In this document: piece by piece, positions 48,131-60,113 of the stretch
Numbering within the stretch: position 1 is the first letter of the stretch
Layout of the letters: each line of letters opens with the position of its first letter
Assembly (NCBI RefSeq): GCF_001194135.2
Contig: NC_068989.1
Location: 28,686,029 to 28,746,141 of the forward strand
Direction of reading: 5' to 3'
Length of the DNA stretch: 60,113 bases
DNA from: Octopus bimaculoides
Taxonomy: Eukaryota
Made by a program: the position numbers and the translations under genes
The notes under the pieces: model-generated
Database searches by the model: none
Told to the model about the DNA's origin: nothing
Seen by the model: only the letters and a program-made list of their open reading frames with translations

Positions 48131-48267
48131 TATATTATTATTTAATTGAAAGCCAGGCATCCATTTCCAAGTAAGTTTATCTTAACCTTTTTGATGCAAC
48201 TCTACTCTATGCTGTTTTCTTCCCCATCCTTCTCTAATCCCCTTTTTCTTTCCTTTACCATTTTCTA

Positions 48268-48302
<35 letters not shown>

Positions 48303-48730
48303 GCTCACACATGACCATCATCTATCTTTCTTTTCCTATACAACATTCTAAGGACTGGACATCTATCTTTTCTCTTTTCAAAGAAAATATTTCTTCCAGC
48401 ATTCACTGTTTTTTCCCTCGTTATGGTCTAATGACCCTCCATGTTTGTTTTCATCCGGTTTCCTTGTATGTCTCCACTGTCCTGTTTTTGTTCCCAACTT
48501 TGACCCTCCATAAAATCCAAAATTTATTTTGGAAGTTATGGTAGTAACTGTCTTTAAAGACTCATATTGTCACTGAATGCTTGAAATGAGGAGTAGATAG
48601 ACCTCCAACAACTGATGAAGGGTTATTCTTTGAGTTACTTTTTCTCTCATGGTTTGTGTATTTAACTCACTTGTTTCCGTGCTTCATGCTGTTTACAGTT
48701 GGTGACGTCCGGTACCCATATATATATATA

Positions 48731-48762
<32 letters not shown>

Positions 48763-49263
48763 GTGCGTGCGTGCGTGTGTGTGTGTGTCCATTTTACATC
48801 CATTCTCTATAATGCCATCGGCTGGGAAGATCATGCTCTGAAATCTATTCTTATTCAGAGTTACTCCTAGATGGTTTAGGAAACCACATCTTGCTAATGT
48901 ACTCCATGTTAAGTACAATTTTTCTGTAACTGAATGTTCTTCTGAACACCAACCACTTTGCTGAGTGTACTGGATAAGCTTTGTAGTAGTACCAGCACTT
49001 GAGAAGTTGCTATGTCCTCAACAAAACCATTTGTTGAAGACATGAGAACTTCTTTCTCCCTGTGTAAGCACTGTTCATTCACTGACAACTTTTCAGTGTG
49101 AAATAGGTCTATTTTAATATGGCACCAACACTAGTGAGGTTACTTTGTATCATGCAAGAATAAAAGATCTTCACTGGTCTACAGTGTGTCCGTTCACATG
49201 ACCAAAAGAATGAACAGCAGGGAAATAGTAATGACACAAATGAATGGCCGAAGACAGCAAAAG
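47926..49263. repeat. Inverted repeat pair (47926-48018 / 49181-49263)
   Basis: Near-identical arms; the second lacks 10 nt. Confidence 0.85.
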
Positions 49264-49859
49264 CAAGAATATGATGGTAGAAACAGTGATTAGGGTGATA
49301 GTGTGGTAGAGAGGAAGAGAAGTAGACACTGGTAAGAAAGCATGATAGGTGTAACAAGACAGTGGGGGAGAAGAGAGTAATGGATAATAATAGAGATGGA
49401 CAGTGGTAAGAGAGTGGTGGCTCTCAATAATGAGTGGCCTGGAGGAAGGGGAGTGAGGATTGACAGTATAGAGTAGGTGATGGTATAATGTGTCTCATAT
49501 AAGCAGATCCAATGTAAATCTCTATACTAAGGCCTTGTAATAGACAAGAGAGATAGAGTGATAAGGATGATGGTAGTTAGAGGCACTGAATAGAGGAAGG
49601 CCCAACCCCATCCTTAGGAAAACGAGAGGCATGGTACAGGAGAAAGTATACCCAGTAGATGAAAGGGTCATACAGATCAAACGCCATATCAAATTCCATA
49701 GGCAATCTGGTACAGTGAATGATCCAGATGGGAAATAAAGAGATAAGAGAGTATCAAAGAAGTGAAGTGAAGACAGTAGATGTACACTTAAAACAGACAT
49801 ATTAAGTGACAGAGCCAAATATATATCCTAACCTCCATTTCTAGTCTATCACCTAAATA

Positions 49860-52056
49860 TCAACAAACTACTTTTAGGGAGCATGTCAAGTATTTGACAT
49901 GAGTTTTAGTGCCTATTGTCTCCATGTACCAGCCACACATGAAGTCTACCTTCCTAGAAAACCTGTCTGATTCCACTTAATCTTTTATGGATCTAAAGTT
50001 TACACTGGGTAAACTACATAGAATTCCTTTATAGACTTTTCTACAAATCTGGCATGGCCATTTCTTTGATAGCAGTAGTGTCTATAGTAGTCTGTGGTCT
50101 GTAGCTAAAATAGTTGAATGATCTTGCAAGAAGTTTTATAGGTGCGCATTTTTCATACTTGATTTCGAGTCTAAGAAGGAATTTCTAGTAGATTCTGGAG
50201 CGTCCTGCAGTGTATCGCCATCTAAATTTATCAAAGAAAAACTTTTCACTTCTGATATATCTCTTCAAGCAGTCAACAGGTTTCCTACTAAAACTTTTGG
50301 TGAGATTTCACTCACACTGGACCTGAATCTCAGACAAAGTTTCCAGTTGGTTTTTATCCTCACCCAATTTTAGGAGGTGATTTTCTCCATCATTTTTCAC
50401 GATTAGTGGATGTCAAAAGAAAGAGACTTATTGATAGCAGTACACAGTTATGCACTTTAGGAAGATATTTCAATTCCACTTCTGTCAGTGCGCTATCTTT
50501 TATTGCGGATCAACCAGATAAATATCAAGCCTTGCTTCAATCCTTTCCTGAATTAACTAATTTAACTTTTAATGTCAATGCTTCAGCACATACAACTACT
50601 CATCATATAACCACCAATGGATCTCCCGTTTTCTCGTGTCCCAGAAGTTTACCACCTGAAAAACTCAAAGCTGCTAAAGCAGAGTTCAGCCACATGCTCC
50701 AGCTTGGAATAATTCGTCCTTCAAAGAGTAACTGGTTGTCACCACTTCATTTAGCTAAAAAGAAATCTGGTGATTTTAGACCTACTGGTGACTATAGACG
50801 ACTCAACGCTATTACCATTCCAGATAAATATACAATACCTCATATTCTGGATTTTGCATCTTCTCTACATGATTGCACTATTTTCTCAAAAAATAGATTT
50901 GATACGTGCAAACCATCAGATTCCTGTAAACCCAGATGATATTCTGAAAACAGCTATTGCAACTCTATTCGGGTTATTTGAATTTCTTACCATGCCCTTT
51001 GGGTTAAGGAACACCACTAGTACTTTTCAACATTTCATTGAAGTAATACGCGGATTAGATTTTGTCTACGCCTATACTGATGATATTCTCATCACTAGTT
51101 CTTCTGAGAAAGAACATGAGATTCATTTGAAGCAACTTTTTGAAAGGTTTTCTCAATAGAAAATTTGTATCAACGCTACCAAATGTATTTTCGATGTGCC
51201 TTCTCTCACTTTCCTTGGACACACCATTGATAAGGATGGAATTAGGCCATTGCCAGAAAAGGTTGAGGCTATCGTGAAAATTCCAGTTCTTGTTTCATTA
51301 AGACAGCTCAGACAATTTATTGGATTAGCTAATTATTATCACTGTTTTATACCTCATTGTGCTGAAACTTTATACCATCTCAACAAATTACTGTGACACC
51401 GCAAGAAGAGAACAGAAAAGATTACTTTAACTCCTGCTGAAATACAAGCTTTCGACGATATTAAGCAGAAATTCTCTCATGTCTCCATGTTAGCTCACCC
51501 CATTCCTGATGCTGAAATTTCTCTTGTAGTTGACGCATCCGAAATTGGCGTTGGCGCAGTCATTCAACAACTCCACCATGGCGAATGGCAACCTCTGGCA
51601 TTTTTCTCTATGCAGTTGAAACCAGCTGAAACTAAATATAGTGTGTTCAGTCATGAACTATTAGCTATTTACCTCTCAGTTAAACACTTCCAACACATTT
51701 TAGAAGGGAGAAACTTCACAATATTTACGGACCATAAACCGTTATTTTTCACTTGACACTGCAAGCCAGATAAATTTTCCCCGAGAGACATTCAACATTT
51801 GGATTACAATATATTCCAGGTTCTGAGAACATTGTTGCAGATTCTTTATCCCGTTTACCTGTAAACACGTTATTTTCAACTGCAGAAATTAACATGAATG
51901 AAATGTCAGAAGATCAACCATCCATTGATTTAATAATATACAACCAGAACTAATTCCTTTCGAGCTCCAATTTTTCCCAGTTGCGACATCAAACAAACAG
52001 ATCCTTTTGCGATTTTTCTTCTGGTAAACCTCACCCTTTAGTTCCTGAAAAGCACT
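49860..52056 (+). mobile_element. Ty3/Gypsy LTR retrotransposon internal remnant (CsRn1-like): PR, RT, RNase H
   Basis: FLVDSGAS; IIRPSKSNWLSPLHL…DYRRLNAIT; MPFGLRN; YTDDILI; VDASEIGVGA…FTDHKPL. Multiple frameshifts and stops; LTRs not seen. Confidence 0.92.
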
Positions 52057-52084
52057 ACCGTATACATACATATACATATATATA

Positions 52085-52240
52085 CGACGGGCTTCTTTCA
52101 GTTTCCATCTACCAAATCCACTCACAAGGCTTTGGTTGGCCCGAGGCTATAGTAGAAGACACTTGCCCAAGGTGCCACGCAGTGGGACTGAACCCAGAAC
52201 CATGTGGTTGGTAAGCAAGCTACTTACCACACAGCCACTC
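52085..52240 (-). mobile_element. tRNA-derived SINE
   Basis: Minus strand agtggctgtgtggtaagtagcttgc…ggttctgggttcagtccc (A/B boxes). Confidence 0.85.
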
Positions 52241-52379
52241 AAACCACTGAATAAAATATATTTTTATGTAGCAAATATATAGTCCTTAAATTTATTCTCC
52301 TTCTTTGTAAGAATTCTTCTAATAATATATATGCAGCCATTTCAATACTTGATACTGAACATATATACACACTACAAGT

Positions 52380-52990
52380 CTATTATTCTATCCTACTTAC
52401 CAAAACTTTAGTCTTTGCTAAGTTTACTTCAATGCCTGTCAACTGTAGGTTTTACCTCCATCTAGAATTTATTCTCTAAAACTACTATAGATACAGCTAT
52501 AAGAACTAGATTATCAGCATATAGCAGTTCCTACAGCCAGCCAGTCTGACTCTTGTTATAACCTCCAGATTATAGAATGTGGAAGCCTATCAAGAGCTTT
52601 ATCTAGGTCAACAAATGCCAGGTATAAGGGCTTGTTCTTGGCTAAGTACTTTTACAGTTGTCTCACCAGGAAGATGGCATCATTAGTACTGCTTCTTAGT
52701 GCAAAGTAAAACTGCATTCCATCTATGTTAACTCTCTACCTTATCAATTGAGTTATTACTTATTTCTCTAACTTTCATAACCTGGTCCAACAGTTTGCTA
52801 CCACTGTAGTTTCCCCTCTTTAGTGCATCTCCTTTGCCCGAGTAGTTGTTGATAATGCTACTACAGCAGTTACTGGGTATTGCACCTTCCTGTACTACTT
52901 GATTGACTATGCAGGTGATTAGCTCTACCAGTCATTTTAAGCCCTTCAGTGGTAATTTCTGAAGAACTACATGCCTGCCTACCTTTATAT
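52380..52990 (-). mobile_element. RTE RT remnant
   Basis: YLAFVDLDKALDR…LLYADNLVLIA. Confidence 0.7.
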
Positions 52991-54029
52991 CCTTAATCTC
53001 TCTCTATTTTCAATTTGAATGATTGGTCCCTCTGTTAGATCTACTTGTAGTAGGCCTTCTTTCTCCCTTGCATTCTCCTTACTCAAAAACTTCCATGCTT
53101 GTTTTTTTTTATTTCAACATCAGGAAGGGTAAATGCACCACTACCATTCCAAGTACATATCATCTATGTATAATCCAGATATGTAGGATTTTGTACACTT
53201 GTATACAGTCAAGGTTGAAGGGACAAACTAGTTCAAAGATCTCTGTTCAAAAGGATTAAGTGGAAGTAATACTATTTTAAGTTGTTATTGTAATTGTTCA
53301 TCTGGTTCACATCAATCCTGATTGAGCAGATCAATGATCAAAGATCTTCTAACCATGATCATTCTATCTTTTTAGGGGTATTGAGGACTACATTATCCAG
53401 TGTGTCTTTCCTTTTTATAAGTGTTCTTAAGTGTTTAGACATCCAAAAATTTGGAATTGTACATGTAATGGCAAGAAGAACTGTAGTGTTGTAGCTTGCA
53501 ACAGGAATAATCTAGACTCCATCCATGTCCTAGTAATCTCTCATTTTTGGTATTTTTATTTCACTGTTTAGGTCATCTATGTTCAGTTTATCAAGGAGCA
53601 AAATGCACTATTTTTGTGGACATCTATGCCTTATTGACATTTTTGTGCTAAGACATAACTCACGTATTTGACAATCAATCTAATATTGTTTGTACACTAG
53701 TACTGATTTTGATTATTTTTCAAATGTAGTATCTGTGAGTGCCTTTGGTGGAGGAGGAGAGGGAATTGCTTTTGCGGTTTACAAATTGTTACTTATACTT
53801 TCTCTGTGTGTTGCAAATGTTGTAAAGGTGTTGTATTTTTGTGTTCTGTGTGCAAAGAGGGTGGGGCATGTTTATAATTTTAAGTGTGATGGTTAACTAT
53901 CTCTGATGTTCTTGTTATAGTTGTTGATAAGAAATATAAAGGAGTTTTTCATGGTAAATTTGAGATTTTAAAATATGTTTTCCATATTCTCCAACAACAA
54001 TGCTCACTCAGCTGATATCAGTGATTGGC

Positions 54030-54392
54030 TAAGTTGCTCATAGAGTTAACCTAGAAGGGACAGGCCCCTTATTTTTTGGTTAAGGCTGTTGGTAAGTTTT
54101 CCTAAGTTACTCCAATCCAGATCCCCAATGCAAACCTTCAGATCAACCTTCTCCTATGCAGATCTCTAATGCAACTTAAAAAAAAAAACAGTCAATGAGT
54201 GGAAATAACCAATAAACTGATTCCTTATGGGATTCCCCAATCAAATTGCCAGCAAACCATTTTCAGCCAAACCAATTTCAACGGATTTCCCTCAAATCTG
54301 ATGTTGATGTTACTTATTTTGGTTTGAAATAAAGCACTTGATCACTTAATAATCCTAGCTTAATACGGGGCAGCGCCGGGCTATACTGTTAG
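54030..54392 (+). mobile_element. Helitron 3' remnant
   Basis: CGGGGCAGCGCCGGG + 8 nt + TTAG|T parallels the 16233 terminus; the 5' boundary is a guess. Confidence 0.5.
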
Positions 54393-54560
54393 TTAACTTT
54401 ATATTTTAACTGTAGTAATTCAGAATGACTGCTGAAATAGTTAACTAAATTTAATTGTAATGTACATGTTTATACGTTATATATGAAAATAAAAATTTGC
54501 ACTTTTGTTGTTTCGCCCTAACTGAGCCGGACTGAGCAGACCTTTCACCAAAAACTTTCC

Positions 54561-54671
54561 GGCGAAGGTAAAGAATATGCATACCCGGTGTTTAGGGTTA
54601 GGGGTAAGGGTTAGGGGTTTGGTTTTTTGTTACGCCGAAAACGGGTGGTGTGCATATTCTTTACCTCTGCC
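54561..54671. mobile_element. 111-bp MITE (Mutator-type: 9-bp TSD) carrying TTAGGG-like repeats
   Basis: Perfect TSD AAACTTTCC (54552-54560, 54672-54680); 25-bp TIR GGCnnAGGTAAAGAATATGCAYACC; interior ttagggttaggggtaagggttagggg. Confidence 0.85.
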
Positions 54672-54974
54672 AAACTTTCCATCCGAGACTTTTCACTTTA
54701 TCTAGTGTGTTCTTGCTTTGATTTCATTTGGTGGAATGTGATTTAAGTGATATTCGGCTGCTATTTTTAGCAGATCGAGTGAGGGGTTCCTACAGTTTTA
54801 GTTGTTTTCTGTTTCTGATGAACATTGAAAGAGCAGATTAAATATATATCTTGTAGATCAAACAACGACGTAAAAGTTCCCTTGTAGAAATAATTGTTGT
54901 CTTACTGTTTTAAATAAAATAACTATTTGGTTTTCTTTGTCATTGTAATAACAGTAACAGACAAGAAGGGAAGC

Positions 54975-55180
54975 AATTTGTGGGGAGAGGATGAGTCAAT
55001 TATATCGATGCTAGTGTTCAACTGGCACTTATTTTATCGACCCCGAAAGGACGAAAGGTAATAATAATCCTTTCTACTGGAGACACAAGACCTCAAATTT
55101 CTGGAGTGGGGACTAGTCGATTATATTGACCCCAGTGTTTCACTGGTACTTGTTTTATCGACCCCGAAAGGATGAAAGAT
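54975..55180 (-). mobile_element. Two tandem partial Meta-like SINEs retaining CpGs
   Basis: ttttatcgaccccgaaagg occurs twice. Confidence 0.8.
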
Positions 55181-55291
55181 AATAATACAACAAAAGACTG
55201 CGTCACACCTCAAGAGAGAAAAACTGACGTATTTCAATACCGGGAAGAGTTTGCACACTCCCAACAACAGAAAGAAGAGACACGGGGGGGG

Positions 55292-55907
55292 NNNNNNNNN
55301 NNNNNNNNNNNNNNNNNNNNNNNNNNNNNNNNNNNNNNNNNNNNNNNNNNNNNNNNNNNNNNNNNNNNNNNNNNNNNNNNNNNNNNNNNNNNNNNNNNNN
55401 NNNNNNNNNNNNNNNNNNNNNNNNNNNNNNNNNNNNNNNNNNNNNNNNNNNNNNNNNNNNNNNNNNNNNNNNNNNNNNNNNNNNNNNNNNNNNNNNNNNN
55501 NNNNNNNNNNNNNNNNNNNNNNNNNNNNNNNNNNNNNNNNNNNNNNNNNNNNNNNNNNNNNNNNNNNNNNNNNNNNNNNNNNNNNNNNNNNNNNNNNNNN
55601 NNNNNNNNNNNNNNNNNNNNNNNNNNNNNNNNNNNNNNNNNNNNNNNNNNNNNNNNNNNNNNNNNNNNNNNNNNNNNNNNNNNNNNNNNNNNNNNNNNNN
55701 NNNNNNNNNNNNNNNNNNNNNNNNNNNNNNNNNNNNNNNNNNNNNNNNNNNNNNNNNNNNNNNNNNNNNNNNNNNNNNNNNNNNNNNNNNNNNNNNNNNN
55801 NNNNNNNNNNNNNNNNNNNNNNNNNNNNNNNNNNNNNNNNNNNNNNNNNNNNNNNNNNNNNNNNNNNNNNNNNNNNNNNNNNNNNNNNNNNNNNNNNNNN
55901 NNNNNNN
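55292..55907. other. Assembly gap (others: 6145-6244, 16577-17365, 22974-23320, 31726-31768, 42393-42538, 47847-47915)
   Basis: Runs of N; any of the upstream gaps could hide the ATG exon. Confidence 1.
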
Positions 55908-56539
55908 GGTAAAGCGCGTGTACACCGCCCATTTCCGGTGTTTGCCCAAAAATCACGGTTTCAAAATTTTAATTTCCCCCATCCCACTTCAATTTCTTAA
56001 TTTTTAACTTTTTCTCGAATTTTTTAATCAAGCCACGTAGAAGAATACAGAAATTACGAATCTGGGAATGTTTTTTTAAATTTTAATTTTTCTTAGAGAA
56101 ATACCCATCACCTCCCCGCTTTCAAAAAGCTAAAAACTCCGAATGTTTCACTTTCGTTTGATGTTTCATGCATGCGTAGAATTCTGCTGAAACAGCAGAC
56201 GTCAAAAATATAAGACCAGCACCAGAAAACCCGACATGCGAGAAACAGCAGCTAAACGACATTATTTCTGGAAAAACTTCCCCGCTTTCAAAAAAGCTAA
56301 ATGTGAAACATTCGGAGGTGATGGGTAGAGGTTGGGGAAGGGAATTTGAGTATTTCTTTAAGAAAAGTTGTTTTTTTTTAATTCTTAAAGATTCGTAATC
56401 TCTATTTTCTACGAGGATTTAAAAAAAGGTTAATATCTAGTTTAACTCCCGGCCACCAAAACAAAACAAAAGCTAACAAGTGTAATAGGTGTAAAAAAAT
56501 TTGTATTAAACGAATCTGAAAACCAAAATTTGCGCAAAT

Positions 56540-59500
56540 GAACCGGGGCGAGAGACGAAGCCCAGACCTATTTGCTACTGGTGCAGGCAGGCTGAGCATA
56601 TCGCTCGAAATTGCAGCCAGGGAAGAGGCCATGGGGAAATTGCTGCCTCTCAAGCTTCACCCGCAAGTGATTAGAGGGGATTGTGCAATCACAGCTAATT
56701 GTGGAAGTCTCGGTTGGAGGAAAGGCGTTTAAAGCCCTCATAGATACAGGCTGTACGATGTCTCTCGTGACCCTGAAGATGACAAAAAAATGAAAGGGCA
56801 TGAGTAGTGTTCAGGTGGTCAGTGGCAGCAAGATTGGATGTAATGGTAGCAGCGACATGAAGATAGCAGTGTGAGGCATGACACTTTAGTAGAAAGTGAG
56901 TTATACATCTTTAGATTGTATACCTGACTTTCTACTATAAAATTGAAGAAATAGACGGAACGCTGAACTCCAGACTAAACAACTTAAACAACATTTATAT
57001 ACTTGGTAAAACATACATATCTTTAGTTATACATCTTTAGAGGTGAGAATAACTAGCTGTCGAGAGTAAGACCGAAAGATGTAGAGACAGCTTTTAAACA
57101 TACGTCCATGCTCAATCGCTGGCCAGCGTGAAAGAGAATGAAATGAGCGGGAAACGCTTGCTTTATTAATTCTACGCATGCGCAGGCGTTACTACAACAC
57201 TGAGGCTGCAGGCAATTGTGATTGACCATGTGGTAGACAGAATTGACATGGTGATGGGGATAGATGCAATCAATTGTCTTGGAGGTTTCAGTGTTGTTGG
57301 AGGCATGGTTTCGCTTGGATGTGCAGGGACATCATGCACCATAAGTCTGCAACATGAGAGGTAGCAGAGCCCCACGAGGGACTGTACTGCTTACACCATT
57401 AAGGGCAAAGATTTTTGGGCGGTGTTTAACGGTCAGTGGTGGATGGTAGAGTGGCGCTAGAAAGGGGAGCCCCTGATACTGAAGAACAGGCTGAGCTGCT
57501 ATCACTATACTTTGACGGGACATGCCAGGAGTGAGTTTGAAAGAGAGGTGGATTAAAGAGGGTGTCCTTATCCCATGGAAGGAGGAGGTGGTGAGTGGAG
57601 TGTTACCACTAATGGCAGTGGTGCAGCCAACAAAAGGCAAAGTCAGGCCAGTATTGGACTTTTGGGAGATGAATGGCCATGTATCATCTCACACAGGTGG
57701 TGAGGCAACTGATGTCTGCAGTGAGACACAACGGGAGTGGAGACAGATGACAAGGGCAGCAATAATTGTCAACTTGAAGTCGGCATATTTGCAGCTCTAT
57801 GTGAGCGAGAAACTGTGATAGTATCAGCTGATGTGATACAAGGGTCAGATATACTGTTTGAGTAGGCTGGGTTTCAGGCTAAATTCCAAGCTGATGATCA
57901 TAGCAAAAGTGCTCAAGTCTATCATGGGAAAAGCAGACAGGATAAGAAGGACCACCAATTCCTATCTTGATAGACAAGACCATAGTGTATGCCACAGAGG
58001 TTGTAAGTCACCTCAAGAAGTTTGAGCCAATGGTTGGAGGAACCGCACTGGGGCTCAAGCTTCAAAGAGATAGAACAGGCTCATTGGTGTTCTGGAGGGG
58101 GAATGAGATCCCGGAACTGGGTACCAGTGACAGCAGGAGAGAACTGTTCTCAATGTCTGGGAGGTTCATGGGACACTACCCAATCACAGGGTGGTTGTGG
58201 ACAGCATGCAGCTACATCAAGAGACGAGCAGAAGGGACAATGTGGGAGAGAGGACAGTGGTAATGATGCAGGAGATCATAGAGAGGACAAGATCAGAAGA
58301 CCCAGTAAGAAATAACTGGTACATGCCCAAATTGGAGAATAGGACTGTATGGTGTGATGCTAGCAGCATAGCAATTGAGGTTGTACTGGAAATTGGAGGC
58401 GTTGAAGTAGAGGACGCAACATGCCTTCAAAAAGCTGATGATTACAGCCACATCAATGTAGCCGAGTTGGACACAGTGCTGAAGAGGGTGAACTTGTCCC
58501 TGAAATGGGGGCTGCATTCCATCAAAATCCAAACTGATTCAGCCACCATGCTTGGTTGGGTAGGATCAGTGATCACTGACAAAAAGACGGTTCGAACCAA
58601 AGGGACAGCAGAGATGTTAGTAAAGTGCTGCCTAGAGATTCTAGGAGAACTAGCTGCTGAATTTAGTTTGAAGCTGAGTGTGGGTTTTGTGCCTTCAGAA
58701 AGGAGCAAGGCAGGTGTTTTAACTAGGGTGAAAAAGGCCTTGTTAGTGGAGCCAGAAGATTCGAAGCAGGGGATAGCTGCAGTGTGTCGGTTATATGACT
58801 CGAAACTAAGGAGACTGCATGCCATACATCGTATGGACATGGATACAACCCTGTATCTTGCCAGGAAGGTTGACCCTGATGTAACTGGGCAGAGCATCCA
58901 AAAGATGGTTGGGAATTGTGATAGGTGTCAATCTATTGACCCTGCTCTAGGTGTGCATGAGCAGGGAAACATCTCAGTAGTGCACAACTGGAGATGATTG
59001 GCGGTGGATGATATGCTACTGGTAGGGGACGTATCTCTCGATGGTCGACTGCAGGCTGGGTTGGATGGCCATTTGGAGGGAATTGAAGACAGATACTGCA
59101 GACAAGATTGCACATAACCTGAACAAGATATTCCTGGAGCGGGGCCCTGTGGACAAACTGCTGATGGACAACAACTCTGCATTTCATTTGGAGACACTGT
59201 AGGAGAAGCTTGATAAGTGGAATGTGCACCGCTTCTTCAGAGCAGCATATAGGCCAAGTGGAAATGGGATCATGAAAAGACATCATCAAATGATCAAGGC
59301 CATGGCAGAGAGGGGCCGCATCCCGCCACTGGAGGCAGTGTTCTGGTACAAAATGTCATTTCGATCAGTACAGAGCGATGTTCAAATATGAATTGTGGCA
59401 CCCTAGTAAACCATCAGAATGCCCTGCAAAAGAGAGAGAGCCTGTCTTTGTGGAGGTGGGAGAGGAAGTCTGGGTCAAGCCCCACCAAAAGCACACTGCA

Positions 59501-59660
59501 GATCTCAGTAGAACAGAGGAACAGTGACAGCTGTTAACTCCAAAAATAATGTTTTTGAGGATGGAATGCTACGTTACGTCTTGGATGTTCACAGATTTGT
59601 CGCTTTGTCGGATGAAGAAGGTGGAGGAGAGGAAGGGAATGAGACTGCCTCCCTACAGAG
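56540..59660 (+). mobile_element. LTR retrotransposon internal region (gag knuckle, PR, RT, RH, INT), decayed, clade uncertain
   Basis: CYWCRQAEHIARNC; ALIDTGC; KVRPVLDF…LKSAYLQ; WCDAS…HINVAELD…TDS; H..H…CDRCQ; MDNNSAF…AYRPSGNG. Domain order is Gypsy-like. Confidence 0.9.
56885..57196. mobile_element. 312-bp solo LTR inserted in the protease
   Basis: 4-bp TSD ACAC; termini T(T)TAGTA…TACTACA; removing it restores the reading G-M-T-L-R-L-Q. Confidence 0.8.
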
Positions 59661-59869
59661 ATCACAGCACATATATATTGAGCACTAAACACCATTCTTT
59701 CTATTTATTACTAAACACTGAGAGGGTGAATTAATAAGATTACATAATATTTCAACAAGAAATTATGTAAATTATGTAATCCTGGCAGTAAATATAACAA
59801 AATATATGTTTTACCAAACATAAAATATCATATATGTATTTTGTATTTTATTATGTACATATATATGGA

Positions 59870-60113
59870 GATTTCTGCGGGACAACCTGTTGAAAGCCAC
59901 CGACCAGATTTGTGGGTGGTGTAAGGTCCCCTCCCGACCCAGAGTAACGTGGTGGTGGAACAAGGAGGTAGACAGGGCTATTAGACAAAAGAAACAGGCT
60001 TGGAAGGACTGGAAGAACGGTGGTAGCAGGGAATTGTACCAATGTGCCAGAAGGGAGGCTAGGCGACAGGTTTATTTAGCCAGAGGGGAAGCAGATAAGA
60101 AAAGATTTGCCAA
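59870..60113 (+). mobile_element. RTE LINE (runs off the window end), CpG-rich
   Basis: RVTWWWNKEVDRAIRQKKQAWKDWKNGGSRELYQCARREARRQVYLARGEADKKRFA, open frame. Confidence 0.9.

Noticed and set aside
55920-55945. ETS-like (CCGGAAAT) and GC-box (GGGCGG) promoter motifs on the minus strand
   Set aside because: They overlap sequence resembling the MITE terminal repeat; short motifs are not evidence on their own.
56168-57185. 14-bp match GCATGCGTAGAATT between 56170 and the solo LTR reverse strand
   Set aside because: Too short, with no flanking similarity; not taken as evidence of a host LTR.

Overview
AT-rich, repeat-dense animal genomic DNA with seven assembly gaps. The SINE/RTE/Penelope repertoire looks like that of an octopus (inference, not verified). 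One host gene is present: a minus-strand, multi-exon alpha-N-acetylglucosaminidase (NAGLU, GH89). I assembled nine in-phase GT-AG coding exons by hand (35281-35320, 26244-26401, 24545-24735, 23703-23850, 19473-19543, 14032-14193, 8781-8846, 6339-6402, 1889-1959). They cover the end of the signal peptide up to the catalytic acid/base motif FNE. The ATG exon was not found, and the 3' half of the gene lies beyond position 1. Most of the rest is transposon-derived: several Penelope-like elements with hammerhead-ribozyme motifs (one also has a tRNA-like module in its 3' repeat), a mariner>mariner>Penelope nest, R4/Dong and RTE LINEs, tRNA-derived SINEs, a Helitron, piggyBac, hAT and Mutator-type MITEs, a Gypsy remnant, and an unusual LTR element interrupted by a solo LTR. 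All calls come from reading the sequence by eye, and boundaries of degraded repeats are approximate.
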